64,000 nt of DNA from Eledone cirrhosa. Its lineage: Eukaryota. The stretch lies in contig OZ024741.1 in the NCBI GenBank assembly GCA_964016885.1, positions 316,634,001-316,698,000 of the forward strand. The letters are read 5' to 3'. Numbering within the stretch: position 1 is the stretch's first letter; every line of letters starts with the position of its first letter. Positions 14,262-27,200 of the stretch are shown here, piece after piece. Below the pieces are notes generated by a model. The model did not search any database. It saw nothing but the letters and a program-made list of their open reading frames with translations, and was not told the DNA's origin. The translations under genes were made by a program, and so were the position numbers.

Positions 14262-14339
<78 letters not shown>

Positions 14340-14698
14340 TTTGCACCAACACAACTACAAGTACCACGACGACCAGGACCAACACCACAACCTCCATCTA
14401 TACTACCTACAACATCAACACACCACCGCCACCACCATCCAACCTTCATCCCTTTGCCAACACCAAAAGCAACATCACCAGCTCCATTATCCGCACCACA
14501 TTCATCATCACCACCACCACCTCCATCACCCTCACCTCCATAAAACAACCCTATCACCCCCAAGAACACCCTCACACAACCACCGACACCACCACCATAC
14601 AAAACCCATACATCCTTATCCAACCCACTACAACTTCATTCTCCAATACGTATTCCCTCCATTTTACCCTAAAATCTTCACACACAAACACACACATA

Positions 14699-14749
<51 letters not shown>

Positions 14750-14825
14750 ACACATACAAACACAAACACACACAAACACACATACAAACACAAACACACA
14801 CACACACACACACATACAAACACAA

Positions 14826-14889
<64 letters not shown>

Positions 14890-15152
14890 ACACATACAAA
14901 CACAAACACACACAAACACACATACAAACACAAACACACACACACACACACACATACAAACACAAATACACACACACACACACACACACATACAAACACA
15001 AACACACACACACACACATACAAACACACACACACACACACACACATACAAACACAAACACTCACACAGACACTTACATATACAAACACAAACACCCATA
15101 CACACACGCTCACACATACACACACAAACATACACACACACACACGCTCACA

Positions 15153-15205
<53 letters not shown>

Positions 15206-15990
15206 TCACACAATAAAAACAACTCTGCTAACACTAACATCTCCCCCCCTCCCAGACACACTCCAATCCCTCCCACTCTCACTCACCCTAACGTTCACTC
15301 AAACATAACAATCACTCACAGCTTTCTTCTCCCCACACCAGGAATACCCTCGGCACGCTTATCGCTTCTTACTTACTCCTCCACCACCATCACCACCACC
15401 ACATCCACCACCACCATCATCACCTTCATCGCCACCAGCATCACCACCACCACAACTACCACTACTACTACTTCCAACAACACAACCCCACCACCACCAC
15501 CACCACTACCACTACCACCATCACCACCACCACTACTACCACTACTACTACTTCCAACAACACAACCCCACCACCACCACCACCACCACTACCACTACTA
15601 CCACTACTACTACTTCCAACAACTACCACTACCACCACCACCACCACCACCACCACCACCACCACTACCACCACCACCACTACCAACAACACAACCTCAC
15701 CACTACTTCCACTACCTACACCATAACCGCCCCACCATCATCACCGCCACTACTACCACTACCAACAACTCAACCCCACCGCCACACTACTACCACTACC
15801 TACAACACAACCTCACCACAATACTATGACCACCACCACCACCACCACCATCATCCCCATCATCGTCACCATCATCGTCACCATCACCACCACCACCACC
15901 ACAGCCTACAACGCAGCCCCACTACTATCCGCAACACAACCCCATCACTATCAATACCCCACCCCCCACCCCCTATTTTACCCCCTTCTC
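14340..15990. repeat. C/A-rich low-complexity tract: (CA)n, (CACACATACAAA)n, (CCA/CTA)n
   Basis: Directly visible. Confidence 0.9.
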
Positions 15991-16225
15991 CTCCAATATT
16001 ACACAGACCAGTACACCTCTGGTAGTTCCCGCTGTACCGGAAGTACCACATATTTTTCTCGTTAAATTTTAATAACATCTATATACTACACATATGAAGT
16101 TGGCGCGTGTTGTCTGAGTGCGTGTGTACGAGATACGTGTGAGTGTGTATGTGGGGGAGGGGGCGAATTGTGTGAGAAAGGTGATATATATACTGGGGTG
16201 TCGGTAAACAACCAACATATACTCA

Positions 16226-16260
<35 letters not shown>

Positions 16261-16440
16261 GGTGAGGAGGATAATTTGCAAATCCCTGTTGAGATATTGA
16301 AGAGAATATAGGTGAATATATATATATATATATAGTAATAATAATAAAATTGAAGACTAAAATCCAGAGGAAAGCAGCGATTCTTTGCTTAAACTTTAAT
16401 CTGTTATTTTAATAAATATATATATATATATATATATAAC

Positions 16441-16619
16441 GAATAGGAAGCTTCAGCCGTATGTTTGACTACAGGAAACAGCATATAAGCCCACTGAACG
16501 GAATATAAGGGTATCAACATACATATACTGATACCTTTTTTTCCCGTTTAAGGGGGCTTATATGACCTGTTATTAGATTATTTTTTTGTAGTCAAAATTA
16601 TGGCGAAAGGTTTTAATTC
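16441..16619. mobile_element. Degenerate fold-back/MITE-like hairpin
   Basis: Nested complementary blocks: TTTGACTAC/GTAGTCAAA, CATATAAGCCC/GGGCTTATATG, GGTATCA/TGATACC. Confidence 0.65.
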
Positions 16620-16760
16620 AATTTTAAATTTTCACTCGCCGTCTTCTAGCTACACACACACATATACACACACTATATAAATAACGAAGGAGTTGTGGTA
16701 AGGAACCAGATGGACCATAACGCACCAGAGTACTCAATACTTAGGGTAGTAGAGTGGGTA

Positions 16761-16870
16761 ATAGGAAAATGTATGACCCCGACGGCAGAGCTCAAGCCGT
16801 TTCGACGGTTATTTCAATCCATAAATAGCCGTCGAAACGGCTTGAGCTCTGCCGTCGGGGTCATACATTT

Positions 16871-16876
<6 letters not shown>
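16761..16876. repeat. 116-bp palindrome containing the 3' half of a hammerhead (PLE terminus inversion)
   Basis: 54-bp arms around an 8-nt loop. GAAA-CGGC..GCCG-TC at 16834-16856. Confidence 0.88.
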
Positions 16877-16916
<40 letters not shown>

Positions 16917-16922
<6 letters not shown>

Positions 16923-18027
16923 AGCACCCAAACACTTAAATTGGGTTTATATTAAAATATAACCTAATGTTTGTTGAGTGAGATGGTTACCAGTCAGAGA
17001 TTAGCTTTAAACTATCTCTGTTATTGTATTAATATTTTACTCTTGATTGGCCAGAGGTGTTTATTTCCAGGTACCTTATAAATTTGACTTTCCGTATTTA
17101 TTACTGTTGTGCGATATTGTGGTTTTTATTGGTTGTAACTTCTTTGTTTTTTAGCCTAAGAAAATATATATATGCCTATGTATATAATTACATGCATACA
17201 TTTATTTTTTAAAATTAATTGAGTTCTTTACACGAGGAATTGATATTAGTTTTGAAATAACTAATTAACCCGCGTGTGTTTTATATTTTACTCTTAATTC
17301 GGCCGGAGATATACATTCCCATTTGCCCTTTAAAGCATAACTTTCCGTATTTACTACGATTACGAGATGCGGTTTCTTATTCAGGTACAACCTCTGATTT
17401 TAGCCTAAGAAAATATCTATATGCGTGTGTAATTTATACACGCATATATTTATTTTTTTAATTTCAATTGAGTTCTTAACACGTTGGATTGATAATGTTT
17501 TCGAAAAAACTGATTAACCCGCGTGTATATTATTTTTTTCCTCCTTTCGTGGATCGTAGTTGTCTTCCCTTCCCGCTTAGTGACGCTATAATACTTCCTC
17601 AGTCAAAAACTGCTGGAATTTCAAATTTGCCGGTCATTCGATGCGGGAAGGAGAAACTTAACAGACACGATTTTTAACTGTGGTAAGAAATGTTTTTCTT
17701 ATATCAAAGTTTAATGGGCTTCCACTGATGATTTATAAGCGCCCACCTAAATATACTCTTACATGAATGTATATTAGGCTTCTACATAAACTGGAAATAT
17801 TCTCCGAATTTGTAGAAAACTTATAATGAAACAATTGTTTGGAATGAGAGATATATTTTAACTTTAATTATATCTCATAAAATAATACAACTGGCTTTTC
17901 CACATAATACATATTGTTAGCACTCCAAACACTTAAATTGGGTTTATATTAAAATATAACCTAATGTTTGTTGAGTGAGATGGTTACCAGTCAGAGATTA
18001 GCTTTAAACTATCTCTGTTATTGTATT

Positions 18028-18029
<2 letters not shown>
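16917..18029. mobile_element. Non-coding element with ~115-bp near-identical terminal direct repeats and an internal ~250-bp diverged tandem duplication, inside (TA)n
   Basis: 16917-17032 matches 17913-18029, and 17030-17280 resembles 17281-17530. Confidence 0.7.
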
Positions 18030-18091
<62 letters not shown>

Positions 18092-18093
<2 letters not shown>

Positions 18094-18270
18094 GTTTCTA
18101 CTTTTGGCACAAGGCCAGCAATTACCCCAGTGCATTACTGGTACTTTATTTTATCGCCCCCGTAAGGATGAAAGGCAAAGTTAACCTCGGCGGGATTTGA
18201 ACTCAGAATTGCATGGGACGTAACTCTATGCGTCAAAGCATGGCGTCCGACCCTCTACCGATACTGCCAA
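18092..18270 (-). mobile_element. tRNA-derived SINE family A, approximately full length
   Basis: Minus-strand A box TGGCAGTATCGG and B box GAGTTCAAATCCC with an extended spacer. Multiple copies in the window. Confidence 0.85.
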
Positions 18271-18354
18271 TCCAAATGTGTGTTAAATTAAAAAAACGAC
18301 TGTGCTTGATATTTTTAAAGGATTTTTTTTTTTCATTTGTATTTCGTTATTAAC

Positions 18355-18895
18355 ACTTTGAGCGTAAAAGCTAAACTTGCTATCTTCAATTCGGTATTCG
18401 TGCCAGCCCTTACCTCTGGTCAATAATCTTGGGTAATGACCGAAAGAATACGATCGCGATTACAAGCGGCCGAAATGGGGTTCCTCCTAAGGGTCTTTGG
18501 AGTAATGTTAATCGATAGAATGCTTAGCTCGGAGATATGACAGTCACTCCAGGTAGAGCCGCAACTTCTCCAAATTGAGAAATCACAGCTCCGATACTAT
18601 GGACATGTGGTTAGAATGTCTCAGGAAAGAATCGCTGGACAGATATTACGGGTAAAATCATCAACCGGCAGGAGACCCAGGGGTAGACCACGAGGAAGAT
18701 TGTTGGATAACATCCATGGGCTTGGCTGGTCTCACTTGGAGATCCAGCCGGATCAGTTGGAGACAGTTGCTTCTAACAGGACCCTCTGGAAAGAGTGGTT
18801 GAAGACTCTACACCAATGGACCCTCTCAGGAATAAGTGGGCGAAGAAGAAGAAGAAGAAGAAGAAGAAGAAGAAGAAGAAGAAGAAGAAGAAGAA

Positions 18896-18962
<67 letters not shown>

Positions 18963-18995
18963 GTGGTGATGGTTTGATGATGATGATGATGATGA
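18355..18995 (+). mobile_element. RTE-clade LINE 3' fragment with (GAA)n(GAT)n tail
   Basis: KAKLAIFNSVFVPALT..SWVMTERIRSRLQAAEMGFL..QLRYYGHVVRM..GRRPRGRPR, with stops. Confidence 0.88.
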
Positions 18996-19605
18996 TTTTA
19001 TGCGTAGTTTGGAACAGCAGTGTTCTTAAATCTGTGTTCCGAAGCCTTCGCCGCTTCCAGAATGAAAATAGTCATGTTAGTGACGTAACGATCACGTGAA
19101 ATATCGTAAGAGTCATAAGAAATCATGTGTCGCCGGATTTAAAATGTTTCCCCGCCTGAACATATTTGGTTTCGCGTATCCGTGTGTTAATTCTTTTTTT
19201 TTTTTTTTTGCTTTTTTTTTTATATTAGTAGATTCTGGATAGATGTTCGCTTTGCTTTGCGCGGAAATGTTATATAATTCTATATCTACTAATTGTATGC
19301 ATGTAGTGTATGAAATTGAGTTTTTACCTTTTTACGAATCATAAGAGTAAACCATTTCAATTTAATTTCAACACTTCTGACACAGTTGAAGTTCCGAGAT
19401 ACTATCTGAAGATGTCGACTGGATATTGTCGTGAATGCTGTTGACTGTTAATGTTAGTCTGTTTGATTGTTTGTCGGTGGCGCTTTAGCACAGTTAAACA
19501 GTATATGGCAGGTTTGGGTTCGTGTCCCACGGTCGGAAATGAACAATTTTTTCCGTCTTCAGGGTTTATATGTCAAACAGTGTTTATACTTCTAGCTTTC
19601 AAATT

Positions 19606-19651
<46 letters not shown>

Positions 19652-19806
19652 CGAATAGATGGCTGTCGTTTATTTATCTATTATTTCTTCATAGGTCCCT
19701 TTTAATCTTATAGCCTGGTTTAATTGGTATTTTGTGTGGTTGATCATGCTGATTGAGAGAGGAGATGGTGTATATATCCTATCAAATAATTCTATGGACA
19801 TACTTT

Positions 19807-19926
<120 letters not shown>

Positions 19927-20909
19927 CGTGCGCGCGTGCGTGTGTGTGTTAATAAAAGATTGGAAGCCATATTCAGTTGATTCAGGTTTATTTAAAACTA
20001 CGGTCGGCGGCCGAAGAAATACCATCAAGCGTTTGGCCGGCCCCTTGTATCATGAAAAGAAAATCTTTTTCGGGGAAATTATTCGATTTTTAAATTTAAA
20101 GGTTTCTTAGGGATTTTCGATGTTTATTTTGGGTTTTGCCGTTTGAAGAACTCAAGGTATCATAACTGATAGTTCTCAGAGAAACTAGTACATCGTTCCT
20201 GTGACGATGGTTGCCGAGCACTGTACGGCATAATTCGGGCTATTTGTTTACAGACAAACCGAGCTTAATAATGAATGTTCGGTAAACCCATGCGTACATA
20301 TATATATGTGTGCATGTATGTATATATATACATACTACTGTGCGTCTGTATACATATATGTATGTACGTATACATACTTATATTTAGGTATCAGCCGTAC
20401 TAGGAGTGAGAAATTAAATGTCGTTTCATTCTTTTCCATTTATATATATAAACAGAAAATTGTGAAGAAGAATCAAAACACACTTATCAATATTGTTTAT
20501 TCTTTACATAATGTTTCATATAGATGAATATTCTATGAGTTTGTGATATAATGTTTGATACACACACACAGACGCACACACACACACACACACAGACGCA
20601 CACACACGCACAGACACACACAGACACACACACATATATACACACACATATATATATACACGCACACACATACATATGTGTGTGTGTGTGCATACATATG
20701 TATACGCAATGCATGTGTTTATGGACACATGTATATATATATATATATATATGTATACGCACATAACTGATATGATTCTTTCGTTGACAACGACGACGAC
20801 TCCAACAACTTCTATATACACCCACCTTCATCTTTTGTGTACAAAACTTTTCATCTCACTGCTTTAAAATGTGTACGGATGTGTGTTTGTTTGTACATTT
20901 TTGCTTATA

Positions 20910-21819
20910 TCTATATATATAAAACTGAGGATGTCCGTCAGTGTGTGTGTGAGTTTGAATCCCTAAAACTCGAGAACCACCCAACCGACTGTTTTCAAAC
21001 TGTACAAATGTAATACTTATGTTTCAGGGAGTGTTCTGAGCAAAAATAATTTCAAATTTTCATGGCCCTACGGATCGCATTAGGCGATTTAGCGATCTCT
21101 CTCTATAATTCTTAGTCTTTCTCTTTTTAGATAGATACATACATATAACGTCGCGCCCTCATAATATTTGTCTGTATGTCTGGCTGTCTGCATTACGTCA
21201 CTTCCCTGAGGATGTGTGTGTGTGTGTGTGTGTGTGTGTCTGTGAGTTTGAATCCCTAAAACTCGAGAAGTACCCAACCGATTTTTTTCAAACTTTACAT
21301 GTGTATTACTTGTTTCAGGGAGTGTTATGCACATAAAAAAATTCAACTTTTTGATCTCCTAGGGCCCGCATTAGGTGAACAACTGCATGTTTTCCAGCTT
21401 TTTAGGGGTTTTTTGAGGCGTTACGTCAGACCGATTTCCTTGAAATTGTAACTATGTATTAATCAGTCTCTTCTTCATACCGTGAGCAAAGAAAATCTAA
21501 CTTTTGGTGAAAAACTTAACTTTTTCAGCTTTTTGGGGATTTTTTGAGGCGTTACGTCTAGGCGATTTCCCGAAATTTCAAGTCAAATTTATGCACATAA
21601 AAAAAAATTATTTTCTTGATCTCCTAGGGCCCGCATTAGGCGGAAACCTGCATTTTTCCTGCTTCATCAAGGAAAATCTTAAAGATTATTCAGCCATCAG
21701 AGTATTCGGTTTATTTTCTTTACATAGTGTCCAGGCATGCAGTTTTTCCACGATTAGGTCTGTTGGCGGCCCGCGTTCCAAAATACCTTATCCCGTGCAA
21801 CGCTGGTTACCACTACTAG
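20910..21819 (+). mobile_element. Non-autonomous Helitron
   Basis: 5' TCTATATATATAAAA, 3' subterminal imperfect hairpin CCCGTGCAACGCTGG and terminal CTAG. Inserted between A and T with no TSD. Contains internal tandem duplications. Confidence 0.8.
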
Positions 21820-21834
21820 TATATATATATATGT

Positions 21835-21926
<92 letters not shown>

Positions 21927-22256
21927 CGTATGCGTGTGTGGGTATTTGTGTATCTGCCTGTTTTCTCTTACAGTTGTGTGTTGGTGTCTTGTTGCCAAAA
22001 ACTAATGTTGTTGTTGTTGTTGTTGTTGTTCTTCTTCTTCTTCTTCTTCTTCTTCTTCTTCTTCTTCTTCTTCTTCTTCTTCTTCTCAAATAAAAACCTA
22101 GTGTCTTTACTTCCCAATAGTCGGGGGCATGTGGTTTCATTCTTTTTCACCTTCTTAAATATATATATGTATGTATACACACACACATAAATATATTAGA
22201 TATATATATTAGATAGATATATGTATGTATACACACTCACATACATATGTACACAG

Positions 22257-22345
<89 letters not shown>

Positions 22346-22364
22346 TATATATATATATACACAC

Positions 22365-22448
<84 letters not shown>

Positions 22449-22449
<1 letters not shown>

Positions 22450-22908
22450 GGAAAGTTATATTTAAATTGTTGGGTTAACACCGAGTAAATATTTATAACT
22501 GATATCAAAGCACTCAACAAGTATTTGGAGTATATTTATGATATTTTTTTCCATTTATTTAATATCATAAATATACTCCAAATACTTGTTGAGTGCTTTG
22601 ATATCAGTTATAAATATTTACTCGGTGTTAACCCAACAATTTAAATATAACTTTCCATGTATCTTGCTCCAATACTGTTGAGCGCTTTATATTATAACTG
22701 AAAAATGGAATTCTTTTTTCCATTTATTTAATATCATAAATATACTCCAAATACTTGTTGAGTGCTTTGATATCAGTTATAAATATTTACTCGGTGTTAA
22801 CCCAACAATTTAAATATAACTTTCCATGTATCTTGCTCCAATACTGTTGAGCGCTTTATATTATAACTGAAAAAATGGAATTCTTTTTTCCATTTATTTA
22901 ATATCATA
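22449..22908. repeat. Inverted copy plus ~2.1 tandem copies of a 169-170-bp unit within (TA)n
   Basis: 22449-22545 is the reverse complement of 22561-22657. CCATTTATTTAATATC recurs at 22551, 22720 and 22890. Confidence 0.9.
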
Positions 22909-22912
22909 TATA

Positions 22913-22945
<33 letters not shown>

Positions 22946-23060
22946 GTGTATTGGTGTTTAACGTTTAGTTATTATTGGTTCACCTGTTTGGAGCACTCAA
23001 TGTCAACTATGTGTCCGGCTGCCAATGTCTTGGTATTTAAACAAGAAGCCGAGTGTTAGT

Positions 23061-23213
23061 TATAATAATGAGCAGGAACGAAATATCAATATAACATCCT
23101 TATGTGGATTTGCACCTGACACGCGTTTCGCGATCGTCCCTTTAGCTAATCGATCGCGTTGTGAATAAACATATTCATGTTATATTGATACTTCGTTTCT
23201 GCCCCTTATTATA
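23061..23213. mobile_element. MITE-like element with ~37-bp imperfect terminal inverted repeats
   Basis: TATAATAATGAGCAGGAACGAAATATCAATATAACAT pairs with ATGTTATATTGATACTTCGTTTCTGCCCCTTATTATA. Confidence 0.6.
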
Positions 23214-23246
23214 GAGGGAGTACTACTGCCTTCACTAGCAACCAGC

Positions 23247-23446
23247 NNNNNNNNNNNNNNNNNNNNNNNNNNNNNNNNNNNNNNNNNNNNNNNNNNNNNN
23301 NNNNNNNNNNNNNNNNNNNNNNNNNNNNNNNNNNNNNNNNNNNNNNNNNNNNNNNNNNNNNNNNNNNNNNNNNNNNNNNNNNNNNNNNNNNNNNNNNNNN
23401 NNNNNNNNNNNNNNNNNNNNNNNNNNNNNNNNNNNNNNNNNNNNNN
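23247..23446. other. Assembly gap (200 N)
   Basis: Run of N. Confidence 1.
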
Positions 23447-23477
23447 AAAATAAGTTGGATTACTTTGAATAAATAAT

Positions 23478-23595
23478 TGTTTCTACTTTTAGGCACAAAG
23501 CCAGCAATTATCCAATGCATTACTGGTACTTTATTTTATCGACCCGGTAAGGATGAAAGGCAAAGTTAACCTCGGCGGGATTTGAACTTAGAATG
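23478..23595 (-). mobile_element. SINE family A, 5'-truncated
   Basis: Matches the 18092 copy up to the B box. Confidence 0.85.
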
Positions 23596-23974
23596 GCAAC
23601 TGAATGAATATTACATAATTTATCTACTAAATGTCGTAGCTATTGATTAAATATATTTTATTGCTTATTTAAAGATTCACTTCTTTAAAATTTTCAAATG
23701 TCAACACTTCCGGTTAGCGATTGCTTAAATAAACATTCATATATTTCCATCACTAATTTTCTCCTAATACAGTTTATATATAATATCGTCTTCTAATGGA
23801 TTACGTTACTGATTACATAAAAGAGTGTAACGCAGTCTTCGTTCAATTTCTGTGTATATTGTCAATTACGATTTTATTTGATGTACCATATATACATGCA
23901 TATATACTTGCGTATAATATCAATATGCACACTACACATACTAGCAGAAAACCACCCGAAGCATGGTTTTTATG

Positions 23975-24630
23975 CTAGTTTAATATAATGCTTACAGAAC
24001 GAAAACACTAACAAATATATTATATACAAAGGAAAGGGAAAGGAAAAAAAGAAAGAAAAAATACACAAGCATATAATACACACATCTAAGACTACATAGA
24101 ACACAATGCAGGCGAAAGAGTGGACAAACGAGACGCTACCAGAGCAAAAGATAGCAATATGGCGAGGAGCACCGGGAAACCTCTCTAATAATTTTCGAGG
24201 CAAGCCAGCACGCTCGCAGCGTTATCTGAGGTGATTGCCAGGCTGAGGTGCTGGAACAACCAAGTGCCCTCACGAGCATCACCAGTTACCTCTGTTTGGC
24301 GAGCCGCCAGTGAAGATAAGAACCTCGCTGTCAGTAACCCGACTCCCACAAACGACTTGAACGCCACAGGCAGGATTATGTAGTTAGTTGACAGAACACG
24401 ATATTTTAGAATTTTGTTCCGTTCAACTGCGGATGCTGTAGCTCTCGCCCTTACCGCTGCATTCAGGATGTGAGAAGAAGCAAAAGAGTCACTAACTGTG
24501 ACGTCCCAGGTAAGGCACCTGCCTCTTGACCAGGAGCACAGAGTAAGACCGTCAAGGCTTTTCCCATCAATTCTGGACAACCCAAACGGTTCCAAAATTG
24601 AGGGGATGTTTGCCCGGGCCAAAGCTCTTA
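23975..24630 (-). mobile_element. CRE-like non-LTR retrotransposon 3' fragment (RLE domain + 3'UTR)
   Basis: LEPFGLSRIDGKSLDGLT..W..G..LTWDVTV..K..KY..PVAF..LFQHLSLAI..NAASVL (ORF 24185-24622). Confidence 0.82.
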
Positions 24631-24784
24631 AGTGGTAATAGGACAGTGTATGTGCGCGCCCGTGAGTTTGTCGGTGTTCTTAAATTAGATACCTGTGTGT
24701 GTGTCACTGTTTTTAAGTTAGACATATATGTGTGTTTCCCTTTCCTTCCTTTTACACACACATACATTCACACAAACACACATA

Positions 24785-25486
24785 CACATTGTGGTGGACG
24801 GGTGGACAGAATTCCCTGTTATTTATATACATGTGAATGGAGTTCTACTGAAGCAGTTAGAGAAGTTCAAGTATCTTGGAGCCATGTTCATGAGTGATGG
24901 AATGCAGGAGGCTGAATTAAGTGCAAGAATTGCAAAAGCTGATGCAGTAAAGCGCCAGTCTCAGCATTCAGCAATCAGAAGAAGGGGGTAGGTGTACAAG
25001 CCAAACTCGCTGTCTTCCTGGTATTCCTGCCAACTCTTACTGAGGATCGTGAATCTTAAGTAATGACCAAAAGAATACAATTGCAAATAAAAGTGGCAGA
25101 AATGGGATTCCTCCGAAGGGTCTTTGGAGCAACGTTACTCTAACGTTACTCGATAAAGTGCATAGCTCAGAGACCAGAGTCACTCCTGCTAGAGCCGCTT
25201 CTTCTCCGAATTGAGAGATCACAACTCCGATATTATGAGCATGTGGTTAGAATGTCTCAGTAAAGAATCGCTGGACACATTTTACAGGCAAAACCAACCG
25301 GCAAGAGACCCAGAGGTAGACCCTGAGCAAGATAGTTGGATAACATCCATGAGCTTGGCTGGTCACACTTTGGGATCCAACTGGATCAGTTAGAGATGTT
25401 TGCTACCGACAGCTTCGCTGGAAGGAGTGTTTCAGAAGGACTCTGCCCCCACGACCCTCTCAGAAATAAGTGGGTGAAGAAGAAGA
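24785..25486 (+). mobile_element. RTE-clade LINE 3' fragment (same family as 18355), decayed
   Basis: IHVNGVLLKQLEKFKYLGAMF..ELSARIAKA. The 3' part aligns with 18370-18850 and ends GAAGAAGAAG. Confidence 0.85.
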
Positions 25487-25529
25487 TATTGTCAATTTAC
25501 ATATATCTATATGCATATAGATATATATC

Positions 25530-27200
25530 AAAACAATGATCAGGTAAGAAAAATGGTTGCACATGCAATAGGGGCTAGTATCAAAACTACCCTAAAGGGC
25601 CACATATTCAAGTTCAACGAGAAGATCTACACCCAAAATGAGGGAGCAGCCATTGGCGTCAGCATAGCTGGTGACGTTGCCAACCTTTTTTATGGTATGG
25701 TGGGAAAGGAGACTTAAAGATCTCCTTAATGAGAGCTCCATAGACCTCATCATGTACTCTCGTTACGTAGACGATATCAATATAGTTATAAGAACATCCC
25801 CACAAGAGAGCACTAACAAGTTTGATTTAGAACGTAGCACAATCGAAAGCATCCAGCAGATAGCTAATTCCATACACCAGAGTATAACTGTAACTATCGA
25901 CTACCCTTCCAAACACCCTAACCATAGACTACCTGTATTAGACACGGAACTCTGGATTAACACTATAGACGAGAGAGCCCAAATTTTCCACTCACACTAT
26001 GCTAAACCCATGGCCTCCAAATACCTGATACTCAAAAACTCAGCAATGTCCAGTAGTGCTAAGTTTAATATTCTGATCGCAGATTTGGTACGAGTGATGA
26101 AGAACGTGTCCCGCATGTGCGACCCAACAGAAATGGAAAGACACATCCAACACTTCATCAACCGCATGCAGTTCTCTTGCTACAACCAAAGAGACAGAAT
26201 CAGAGTATACGAAGGAGCCACGGAGAAGTATAAGACCCTCATAGAACTGGACATGAAAGGAATTTGCCCATTATACAGGAGCAAATCATGGAATAGCTTA
26301 GATAGGGCTAGACATAAGATAGGGAAAGCCACCTCATGGTACGACAACCAGATATACCAGAGTGTCATGTTTGTGGACGCTACCCCTGGAGGGAAATTAG
26401 CTAACCAGTGTAGAAAGGCCCTGAGAAAGACCCACTTAAAGAGTAAGGTGGTAGAAAAGCCAGGAACCACCATAAAATCCCTGATCAGCAAAACCTACCC
26501 TTTTAAGAAAACCCACTGTACTAATAAGAAATGTGCTATATGTAAAGTAAACCTCCAGATAAACTGTAAAACTAGAAATGTAGTCTACACCATAAGATGT
26601 ACAGAGGCTACTTGCAGAAACATGACAATACCATACATAGGCCAGACAGCTCGATGCATAGGAGAAAGTATAGACCAACATTGGGGGGAATTAAAAGAAC
26701 AAACAAAAAGGTTCAGTACTATACAAACATGCCAGACAACAACATGACGGTAACATAGACAACATAGAAATTAGAATAATATCTAAACATAGAAATGACC
26801 CAGCAGATAGGCAAATCAGAGAGGCCAGCGAAATAGAACTTAGAAGGCCAAGGCTAAACAGAAAAAAATGATGGAATAATAACAACACCCAAACAAACAA
26901 TACTGACCTAAGAGAAGTATCAATAAATAAATACATACACAAGCACAATAACAACAAACACATATAAACGCACACTAGTAAACTAAGATAGAATACAATA
27001 ACTAATACACAGTCACCCAAACACGAACACACATCAAACAAAACACTATACACACACGCAAACGCATGCGCAAAGAAGACAAAAAAAAAAAATATATAAA
27101 CAGACTAAATAAAGATGGCGTAGAAAATACAATGCAACGGGAGGAAACAATAGCACCACTGAAGATGTTGCAGATGTGCAACGAAAGAACTTTGATAAAC
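25530..27200 (+). mobile_element. Penelope-like element, 5'-truncated: RT core, thumb, GIY-YIG, 3'UTR with hammerhead
   Basis: FKFNEKIYTQNEGAAIG..(frameshift)..YSRYVDD..LPVLD..CxxxxCxxC..NVVYTIRC..YIGQTAR..(frameshift)..HARQQH..REA..PRLN. Confidence 0.9.
27156..27195 (+). ncRNA. Minimal type I hammerhead motif
   Basis: CTGAAGA-T-GTTGCA-GATG-TGCAAC-GAAA-GAAC-TT. Canonical core with a 6-bp stem II. Stems I and III are minimal. Confidence 0.68.

Noticed and set aside
14320-15829. His/Thr/Pro-rich 298-501-aa ORFs and other CV/YI/HT ORFs across the window
   Set aside because: They are translations of CA, TA and CCA microsatellites.
17540-17750. CTGATGA (+) and CTGAGGA...GAAA (-) cores in the 1.1-kb element
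   Set aside because: No closing stem III/NUH could be formed.
19406-19445. CTGAAGA-TGTCGAC..GTCG hammerhead candidate
   Set aside because: GAAA and stem III are absent. At best a decayed remnant.
23209-23520. 103-aa ORF
   Set aside because: It spans the N gap.
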